Source of the DNA: a virus
Lineage: Duplodnaviria > Caudoviricetes
Length of the DNA: 64,000 bases
Direction: 5' to 3' (one strand)
IMG/VR virus record: IMGVR_UViG_3300001517_000002
Location: 49,448 to 113,447 of that record
A program made the position numbers and the translations under genes. The notes under the pieces were generated by a model that saw nothing but the letters and a program-made list of their open reading frames with translations, made no database searches and was not told where the DNA came from. The number at the start of each line of letters is the position of its first letter. Position 1 is the stretch's first letter. Positions 57,090 through 64,000 of this stretch are shown here, one piece after another.

Positions 57090-57353
57090 TTGGATAAATT
57101 AAGTGGCGATTACATTCGTGGATTCACGGCTGGACTTCAAAAAGTCCAAGAGATAATGCAATACATAGAATCTGATATGAAATTTCATAAGCGAAGAATG
57201 AATACAAAATCTCTTATGGAGATTTTAAATTGCGCAATTAAAGACAGAGAAAAATTAAGAGAAAATCCAGAGGCGTTTGTGCGTTGTACAAACGATGGGG
57301 GATTTGAAGTGTACGAGCCAATGAGGAGGGTAAAACCAAATGATTGCAGCTAA
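57090..57353 (+). CDS. hypothetical protein
   Basis: GAGGTG RBS, TTG start. Confidence 0.7.
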   Translation: MDKLSGDYIRGFTAGLQKVQEIMQYIESDMKFHKRRMNTKSLMEILNCAIKDREKLRENPEAFVRCTNDGGFEVYEPMRRVKPNDCS

Positions 57354-57552
57354 GTGCATAAATATTAACACAAGTGGTTGGAATACATACCCAGAGTTAA
57401 AATTAGGCGAAACTTATGAGGTAGAATACGCTGATGTGGGCGGCTACTATACAAGTGTTTATCTTAAAGGTTTTAAGAAAGGGTTTAATTCTGTTTGCTT
57501 TGAGTTTTATAAAGATGGCGAGAAAATAAATATTGTTTCCGAATTTATGTGA
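57340..57552 (+). CDS. hypothetical protein
   Basis: GGAGG RBS. Confidence 0.7.
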   Translation: MIAAKCININTSGWNTYPELKLGETYEVEYADVGGYYTSVYLKGFKKGFNSVCFEFYKDGEKINIVSEFM

Positions 57553-57585
57553 ATAGGAATCTTGTTTTATTAAGGTGGTGATATA

Positions 57586-58080
57586 ATGTTTAACATGAAT
57601 GAACCAGCAATAACTATTACTATGACAGAGAAATGGGTATGGGATTGTCCTAATACTAAAGCTGCTTTTTATGAAGCCAAACATAATACACAAACCACTA
57701 TTAATGACAGGGTAAACTGGTGTATGGCTAAGATTAAGCAGTTGGAGTTGTCAGATATATTAGACCCGTGGGACTTGGAACGATATGCTACCGAGATGAA
57801 ATATTTATAAACTACCGTTTCAGATTGTATGTTGAGTTTCTTCGACGATTTAGAAGCTTTCATTGATATGAAACTTGATACCGAGCCTAACAAGCAAATG
57901 GCAGTACAATGGACAGGAGATAAATTTATACAAGGACTATTCTACAATATTTTTGAGAAGCTAAATTTAGATTATAGTTTGGACTCTGTAAGAAATATTA
58001 TGTTTATAAAGCCAAGATTTCATAAGATAAGAGTTTTTGATAGAAAGACAAATTTCTTTGCAAATGCAATGAAAGAATAA
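57586..58080 (+). pseudogene. single gene split by an in-frame TAA
   Basis: ORFs 57586-57810 and 57829-58080 share a frame; no RBS before 57829. Confidence 0.6.
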
Positions 58081-58100
58081 TTCTATGAGAGGTAATACAA

Positions 58101-58271
58101 ATGACTGATTTTGAAAAATTCAAGAAGTTTTTTGACAGTATAGGGATTGAATACGAAGTCAACGGAGATTGCCTATATTTGAAAAATTTCGCAGTACGGG
58201 GCGGTCAATTGATTGTTGTGGATTTTTATGAGGACGGGAAGTTCCAATGTTTTAGTCCTTATCCATCATAA
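58101..58271 (+). CDS. hypothetical protein (below ORF-track cutoff)
   Basis: GAGGT RBS; MTDFEKFKKFF. Confidence 0.6.
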   Translation: MTDFEKFKKFFDSIGIEYEVNGDCLYLKNFAVRGGQLIVVDFYEDGKFQCFSPYPS

Positions 58272-58286
58272 TTAAGGAGGAACAAT

Positions 58287-58607
58287 ATGTTAAATTTAAA
58301 AGTTGGCGATAAGGTGCTTATGCGAAACACATGGCGCACAGAAATTGGAGTTGTTGATAAGATAACCCCTACTGGTTTAATTAAAGTTGGTGGTTATACA
58401 TTTAGACCTGATGGGCGTGAACGAGGTGGAGATAGTTACCATCCGTGGGACATCGAACCACTTACACCTGAATTAGAAGTTGAATTTTATAAAAAGCGGT
58501 TTATATCTAAGGTTGCTAATGGAGCAAGCGATTATGATTTTAGAAATATGTCCTATGATATTGCAAAGGCTTTGAATGAATTATTGAACTTACAAATAAA
58601 AGAATGA
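58287..58607 (+). CDS. hypothetical protein (SH3/KOW-like)
   Basis: LKVGDKV...VDKITPTGLIKV. Confidence 0.75.
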   Translation: MLNLKVGDKVLMRNTWRTEIGVVDKITPTGLIKVGGYTFRPDGRERGGDSYHPWDIEPLTPELEVEFYKKRFISKVANGASDYDFRNMSYDIAKALNELLNLQIKE

Positions 58608-58631
58608 TGTTTTATTAAGGAGGAAATTATA

Positions 58632-59084
58632 ATGTTAAAAAATCTTGATATTATATCAATCATGCCATCAGGAATAATGGCTATGTTAGCAGAAACAATA
58701 CATAAGGTAGATATCACAAATTTTGATTCCATGTTTAGCAATTACGAAACTGGAGTGTATAGACATGACGGATTTAAGTTTAATTTCGATTGCTTCATCG
58801 AAGAAAACTGTCTCAATCGTATAAAGGATAAGTGGGTGGCATACGGAGTTTGTGATAATTACAAACAGATACTTGAATATCATAAAGAACTTCTAAATAA
58901 CACAAATAAAAATTATGTTATCGGGCTGTCCACTGTAAATCGCAAAGATGAACCCGAAGATGGCGGTTGGAGATGGAGTGGATGGGGTAATTATATAGGG
59001 ATTCAAAGCCCTCAGCATGAATACATATATAATGATACGCATATAGATACAGTCTATTGTTATCACATATATGAAATCGAATAA
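58632..59084 (+). CDS. hypothetical protein
   Basis: YGVCDN, GGWRWSGWGNYIG. Confidence 0.8.
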   Translation: MLKNLDIISIMPSGIMAMLAETIHKVDITNFDSMFSNYETGVYRHDGFKFNFDCFIEENCLNRIKDKWVAYGVCDNYKQILEYHKELLNNTNKNYVIGLSTVNRKDEPEDGGWRWSGWGNYIGIQSPQHEYIYNDTHIDTVYCYHIYEIE

Positions 59085-59141
59085 AAGAATAATTCCATTG
59101 GTAAAACGACAACGTAGAATAGCCAAAAACGAGGTGTTAAA

Positions 59142-59435
59142 ATGAATAGAGATGAGCGATTGTATAAAATATATCTGAAGTGGTTCAAACTTGGATTTAA
59201 TGAACATATAAAATGCCTTCATAATCCTAATAGATGGTTAGGAGTAAACAAGGCATTTGATATTGATTATGATTATGAAGCAACTTTTGTAGAATCATTA
59301 CCGTGGAATAATAGGTGGACTTGGAGAGGTTATAGGGATGGTTATTACTTTGTAGACCCATTTAATTACGCAAACAAAATGCCAGATGATTCTTGTATAA
59401 AGGAATTTTTTAATAGCAGACGATGTAAGAATTAA
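59142..59435 (+). CDS. hypothetical protein
   Basis: GAGGTG RBS. Confidence 0.7.
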   Translation: MNRDERLYKIYLKWFKLGFNEHIKCLHNPNRWLGVNKAFDIDYDYEATFVESLPWNNRWTWRGYRDGYYFVDPFNYANKMPDDSCIKEFFNSRRCKN

Positions 59436-59498
59436 ATTTCATGTGATTTTAAGGCGATAATTTGTCCATATATCGTTGTTTAAAAAGGAGTGTTTTTC

Positions 59499-59684
59499 AT
59501 GGCTGAGTATATAAACAGAGAAAACCCAAATCAAGAGTGTACACTATGTCGCAGATATGGGATTGAAAAAGGCGATACATTATATCAGGTCGCATATCCT
59601 GATACTGGTATAGACTTCTATGCAATACCTAATATCAAGTATTGTCCTTTATGCGGTAAAGAGCTTAAAGATGATAATACCTGA
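59499..59684 (+). CDS. zinc-ribbon protein
   Basis: CTLC...IKYCPLCG. Confidence 0.7.
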   Translation: MAEYINRENPNQECTLCRRYGIEKGDTLYQVAYPDTGIDFYAIPNIKYCPLCGKELKDDNT

Positions 59685-59706
59685 ATGATAAAGGATGGTG
59701 ATACAA

Positions 59707-59970
59707 ATGGCTGATATGTATTTTCATAGGATTGGACTTATAGACTATCTGAAAGAAAAGAGCCTAACAAAATTTAACTCTTTTTATAAAGGATATGTTG
59801 AGGCAATAAAAGATGTTGTTACATATGAGTCAACAGAAATTCAACCTGTAGTATGCTGTAAAGATTGCAAATATGCACAGAATCCAAATGACACTATGAT
59901 TTATTGCACATATTTTGAGTGTGGTACAATGTCACAAAATGATTTCTGTTCACAGGGAGAGAGGCGGTAA
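59707..59970 (+). CDS. Cys-rich modular protein
   Basis: CKDCKY...DFCSQGE. Confidence 0.7.
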   Translation: MADMYFHRIGLIDYLKEKSLTKFNSFYKGYVEAIKDVVTYESTEIQPVVCCKDCKYAQNPNDTMIYCTYFECGTMSQNDFCSQGERR

Positions 59971-59976
59971 TGCGGA

Positions 59977-60177
59977 ATGAATGTGCTGGACGAGAAGATA
60001 GTATTCGAGCAAGCAATTGCCAGAATGACCCATGATACTGACAAACCTAAAAAGGTACACCTATTCCTGACGAAGAAGCAGTATGAAAGTGACCCTGACT
60101 GGTGGCATGATGTTCTTAGAAAGCGTGGGTTATCTGATGATACTATTGTAATCGTACCGAACGAAAGGATAAAGTAA
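59977..60177 (+). CDS. hypothetical protein
   Basis: GAGG RBS. Confidence 0.65.
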   Translation: MNVLDEKIVFEQAIARMTHDTDKPKKVHLFLTKKQYESDPDWWHDVLRKRGLSDDTIVIVPNERIK

Positions 60178-60294
60178 AAATGGTTGATTGCATTAATATA
60201 TTGCAGAGAACGCTTGACAAGTATGAGCGAAAACCTGATGTATACAACAAACTCTTAATTTTAGAAGCAAAAATATTGACAGGTAGGTGTAGTT

Positions 60295-60624
60295 ATGGAA
60301 GTTATGAAAGATGATTATATTTGCAGAATTGAAGTCGTAAAGATATTGCAGAAAGCATATGCGGAGGGTAGAATAAAAGCAAAAGACGGTTGTGTATCGG
60401 TGCTTGATGATATTAATTCTTTACCAAAAGCCGATGTACAATCTGTGAAGCATGGACAGTGGGTATGTGAGTTTTATAATGATGTATTTGACGTATATCA
60501 AGCGGATTGTTCTGTTTGTAAGAAAGAATCTACCGATAAATATGACAAAGTATCGGAATCGTATGAATATTGTCCTCATTGTGGAGCGAGAATGGACTTA
60601 AAGGACGGTGATACAAATGGCTGA
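60295..60624 (+). CDS. zinc-ribbon modular protein
   Basis: HGQW...CSVC...YCPHCGARM. Confidence 0.75.
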   Translation: MEVMKDDYICRIEVVKILQKAYAEGRIKAKDGCVSVLDDINSLPKADVQSVKHGQWVCEFYNDVFDVYQADCSVCKKESTDKYDKVSESYEYCPHCGARMDLKDGDTNG

Positions 60625-61003
60625 TTATATAAGGCGTGATATAGTCTTGAAAATTATCAACACGGTAAACGACACAGGCGGATTTGCAGGATATGCGGAC
60701 TATTGCACATTGTTTGACGAGATAGACACCATGCCAGCCGTAATACAGCCAATAAATCTATTAGTAAAAGTTGAAGAAAGAGTTCCTAATGTTAGTGGTA
60801 ACTATTTGTGCTATTTGGCTAATGGTGAATTTGAAGTATTGTATTTTGACCGAGGAATAGAAGATGATGAGTATAATAACGACTATCCATTTGGAGTTTG
60901 GAATACTTATCCAAGCGAGGACGGTGGAGAATGTCGAGAATGGATAGAAGTGCTTGAAGTAACACATTGGCAACCTTTACCAAAACCGCCAAAAGGAAGG
61001 TGA
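60617..61003 (+). CDS. DUF551-domain protein
   Basis: VEERVP...VTHWQPLPKPP. Confidence 0.8.
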   Translation: MADYIRRDIVLKIINTVNDTGGFAGYADYCTLFDEIDTMPAVIQPINLLVKVEERVPNVSGNYLCYLANGEFEVLYFDRGIEDDEYNNDYPFGVWNTYPSEDGGECREWIEVLEVTHWQPLPKPPKGR

Positions 61004-61009
61004 TATAAA

Positions 61010-61258
61010 ATGACAAATGAACAGCTTGAAAGAGCTACATTATTAAAGAAAGAAATAGACAGATTATATGCTGAAACGTATAACATCTGGGGGAATTATG
61101 GGCTTGGAGAACAATTTGAAAGAATAGTTCTGACTGGCATACGAAAGAATGGCGAAAAGTACCAGATTACAGAAGTGTCTCCAGAACTTCTTGAGGCTAT
61201 AAAAGATTGGTATGATAGCAAGCTTGCCAAGTTAGAAGCTGAGTTTGAAGGGATGTGA
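61010..61258 (+). CDS. hypothetical protein
   Basis: AAGGTG RBS. Confidence 0.7.
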   Translation: MTNEQLERATLLKKEIDRLYAETYNIWGNYGLGEQFERIVLTGIRKNGEKYQITEVSPELLEAIKDWYDSKLAKLEAEFEGM

Positions 61259-61267
61259 AGCTGCGTT

Positions 61268-61507
61268 ATGACTGGCGTATATAATGCTTTAGAAGATAAG
61301 CTTAATAAGCGTATTGATGATGCGTTTACAGAGCTTGATACTCAAAGAAACAGAATGAGTGGACTTACAAGGGAGAACTCCGAATTAAAACAAGAAATTG
61401 AAAGACTGGAAATCAGGATAAGCAAGACAAATAATTTTATTGAGTTTATGTTAATGACATATTTATTTCTTGCAATTGCAAAATTAATAGTAGCAATAGT
61501 TGTATAA
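61268..61507 (+). CDS. coiled-coil protein with a C-terminal TM helix
   Basis: Hydrophobic C-terminus. Confidence 0.65.
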   Translation: MTGVYNALEDKLNKRIDDAFTELDTQRNRMSGLTRENSELKQEIERLEIRISKTNNFIEFMLMTYLFLAIAKLIVAIVV

Positions 61508-61524
61508 AGAAAGGTGCTATAAAA

Positions 61525-61782
61525 ATGATAGAAATAATTAAAAATTTACCTATACCTGTTATTATTGCAATTTCTGTATTAGCATATATTATAATTGCTA
61601 TAATATTTACTTTCCTACTTGGACTGGTAACACATGATGAAGATTTTGCAATAGTTGGATTACTGTGGATTGTTGCTGTGCCTATTCTATTAATTATAGG
61701 ACTGATGTGGCTTTTCGACATTATATATCACAAGGCTAATAAAATATCGTTACGTCATCGCAAGAAACACAGAAGGAGATAA
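61525..61782 (+). CDS. two-TM membrane protein
   Basis: Two hydrophobic helices and a basic tail. Confidence 0.7.
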   Translation: MIEIIKNLPIPVIIAISVLAYIIIAIIFTFLLGLVTHDEDFAIVGLLWIVAVPILLIIGLMWLFDIIYHKANKISLRHRKKHRRR

Positions 61783-61802
61783 AAGAGAATGAGGAGGCTG
61801 CT

Positions 61803-62180
61803 ATGAATAGGACTGAAGAACTCATTGGTATATTTGGCACATTATGTGACTACATGGTATATAATGGCAGATGCGATGTATTCTGTCCGTATGCCGAAAC
61901 TAAAGATAAGGATGACGAGTGCGAAGCGTGGAGAACGATTCAAAAGATTAGACAGGAGGAAAGAGATAGAAAACCCGAAAGAATTGGTAAGTGGTGGATT
62001 GAAAGAGATAAAGAACGCTGTGTTAAGCCTTATCATTGTGGGAACTGTGATATTTACGGTAGTTATATTGGGCATAGTAGCATATCTAAATATTGCCCTG
62101 TATGTGGCATAAAAATGGATACAAGTAAGGTCTATGAGTATGAAGAAGTCATAAAGGAGGTAAAGACAAATGACGATTGA
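61803..62180 (+). CDS. zinc-ribbon modular protein
   Basis: GKW...CGNC...YCPVCG. Confidence 0.75.
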   Translation: MNRTEELIGIFGTLCDYMVYNGRCDVFCPYAETKDKDDECEAWRTIQKIRQEERDRKPERIGKWWIERDKERCVKPYHCGNCDIYGSYIGHSSISKYCPVCGIKMDTSKVYEYEEVIKEVKTNDD

Positions 62181-62631
62181 TGAAGCAATTTCTCACGCTT
62201 TGGAAGTGGCAGAGCGTTATGATAGGGTTGAGGACTCTCATGCTGATGAAGGACTGAAACAGGAATGTATACAGTGCGCCGCAGACCATCGTCAGCTTGC
62301 AGAGTGGCTGACAGACTACAAAGAGCTGAAAAATTCAATCGGTGCTGTAAGACTCAATAATATGACAGAAGCTTTGAAACTGATACGGGCATATAAGGCA
62401 GAAAACATAACACAGAAAAAAATGATAGTGAAATACAAGCGGCTTCTGAAAGCAGCGGTAGAGGATTTTACCGTGTATGGAGCATTAAAAGATTTACCAA
62501 CAGAGCAAAGAGTTCAAAATTTAGAATGGCGAAGGTTCAATAGAGTATTTGATATTCTTGACCATAGATGGAGGTATACTGATGAAGCTTTAAAATTGCT
62601 TGGAAAGGATGAAGCTAATGAACATAAGTGA
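62170..62631 (+). CDS. modular hypothetical protein
   Basis: MTIDEAISHA...HRQLAEWL; YKRLLKAAVED. Confidence 0.75.
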   Translation: MTIDEAISHALEVAERYDRVEDSHADEGLKQECIQCAADHRQLAEWLTDYKELKNSIGAVRLNNMTEALKLIRAYKAENITQKKMIVKYKRLLKAAVEDFTVYGALKDLPTEQRVQNLEWRRFNRVFDILDHRWRYTDEALKLLGKDEANEHK

Positions 62632-62971
62632 TGCTATACAAATTCTCAGAAAACACAATGCAAGTGGAGCTTCTGTGCTTAGAATTACCGAAGGTAAAGT
62701 TACAGAGCATGAACTACTTGCTTATGTATTAAATGCTTGTGAGCAATTTATAGCAGAAAGGGAAGAATACAAGCGACTTTTGAAAGTGGCAGTTGAGGAT
62801 ATGAGCGTTACCGTTGCCGAGGTTTACAATGGTGGTTTAATTTGTGAATGTTGCAAATGGAAGTCTCAAATAGGTGGATGTTGTTGTCCTGATGATGGCG
62901 GCTGTGATGTTGCATATCGGTGGCGTTACGCAGACGAAGCCTTAAAATTAATAGGAGGAACAAGCGTATGA
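62618..62971 (+). CDS. modular hypothetical protein
   Basis: YKRLLKVAVED...WRYADEALKL. Confidence 0.75.
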   Translation: MNISDAIQILRKHNASGASVLRITEGKVTEHELLAYVLNACEQFIAEREEYKRLLKVAVEDMSVTVAEVYNGGLICECCKWKSQIGGCCCPDDGGCDVAYRWRYADEALKLIGGTSV

Positions 62972-63243
62972 CTAATTTTATACACGGAGCATTAGAGTTT
63001 ATAGGTCTTGCAACTGTAGTTACGTTTACATTTATTGTACTAAGAGTTTTATGGAGTGCAAAGGATAGGTTCTTTCATAAACATTCTTATCAAGTTCAAG
63101 CTGTAGGAAGTACGCAAAAAGACGAAAGGGAGCATTGGACTGTATATCTAAAATGTGAGATATGTGGTAAACAAAAGAGAATTGCGTTTTGGAATGATAA
63201 ACTTAGATTATATACAAGAGATGTATTGGAGGATAAGCGATAA
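62968..63243 (+). CDS. membrane-anchored small protein
   Basis: N-terminal TM; HKH...CEICGK. Confidence 0.7.
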   Translation: MTNFIHGALEFIGLATVVTFTFIVLRVLWSAKDRFFHKHSYQVQAVGSTQKDEREHWTVYLKCEICGKQKRIAFWNDKLRLYTRDVLEDKR

Positions 63244-63707
63244 TGAGGTATGTTGCAGACGATGGTATGGAGTTTGATACAGAACAGGAATGTCTTGATT
63301 ATGAACGAGAGCAAATGAAGATTAAAGAAAATTTTGTTTTGTATGATAAAGACTTCAATAAAATAGATATTAATGATACAGATAGCTATGAGTATCTTTA
63401 TGTCATTTCTGATGTTCAAGGAGTTGCAGAGTATCTTCGCTATTGGGTTGGCTTTTGTGATGGGCTGGATGATACAGGTCTTTATTGGCTAAATGGCGAT
63501 GGAGATTGGGAGTTTGTAAATGATTTGATAGACCGTCACAAAAAGGAACTTGATATACTTGAAACAGCAGTTCGTAAAATACAACCACTCGAAAAGTCTT
63601 GTAAAACTTGTAAGTATTTTCATGAACCAACTCAGTGGTGCAGTCGGTATAATGATACAACATACTCCACTAATTGCACTCGGTATGAAAACAAGGAGAG
63701 TGATTAA
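63243..63707 (+). CDS. hypothetical protein
   Basis: YVADDGMEFDTEQECLDYE. Confidence 0.75.
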   Translation: MRYVADDGMEFDTEQECLDYEREQMKIKENFVLYDKDFNKIDINDTDSYEYLYVISDVQGVAEYLRYWVGFCDGLDDTGLYWLNGDGDWEFVNDLIDRHKKELDILETAVRKIQPLEKSCKTCKYFHEPTQWCSRYNDTTYSTNCTRYENKESD

Positions 63708-64000
63708 ATGTCAATTAGCTTGGTTGATAAACAATCTATAAAATGTCCTTATTGCGATTTGCCTATGATATGGACGTTTGAACGTGATGATATGATAGGT
63801 GATTATCCAGTATGCTTTTGTAATTGGTGCAAGATAACTATAAAAGCAGAGAACGATAGTCCGTATATGAACGATGACAAGACAGCAGAGTATCTTGTAG
63901 ATAAACTTATATCGGCTTGTAAACGTAAGGTTAAGCGACCAAAGTGTAGCTGCTGGCAAAAGGGACATTGGTATATAAAAGATATGGACACTTGTTTAGG
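63708..64000 (+). CDS. zinc-ribbon protein (runs off window)
   Basis: AAGGAG RBS; CPYC...CNWC. Confidence 0.65.
   Translation, partial: MSISLVDKQSIKCPYCDLPMIWTFERDDMIGDYPVCFCNWCKITIKAENDSPYMNDDKTAEYLVDKLISACKRKVKRPKCSCWQKGHWYIKDMDTCL

Noticed and set aside
57808-57810. Stop-codon reassignment
   Set aside because: Only one interrupted gene; TAA, TAG and TGA all end genes normally, and no suppressor tRNA is evident
52280-62900. Additional CTGATGA hammerhead cores
   Set aside because: All lie inside coding sequence, and I saw no stem II/GAAA context

Overview
The whole window is a segment of a large, low-GC, SPbeta-like temperate siphophage of a Firmicutes host; a Ruminococcus-type dockerin gene points to a cellulosome-producing ruminococcal host (inference). 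Positions 1-25.3 kb are transcribed leftwards: a replication-initiator-like gene, a YonO-like single-subunit RNA polymerase, ClpP-like, beta-CASP and metallophosphoesterase genes, 2 tRNAs, terminase, portal, scaffold/protease, capsid, neck and tail genes, a RuvC-like resolvase and the probable start of the tape measure gene. A repeat-rich non-coding switch region (25.3-27.5 kb) is followed by rightward transcription: about 45 short early genes whose first spacers hold structured RNAs (including a clear permuted twister ribozyme), a secreted dockerin protein, an intact tyrosine recombinase, a LexA-boxed gene, an MrpR/YopR-like recombinase-fold repressor candidate, a tRNA/ncRNA array (with an HDV-like ribozyme and a tRNA-like RNA with a 17-nt anticodon loop), a solo TnpB with omegaRNA, an RNA ligase and many short modular genes. 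A 10-bp operator-like word, GTACAAAATG (13 exact copies), sits in or next to the sigma-A promoters. All calls come from reading the sequence by eye; no searches or folding were run.
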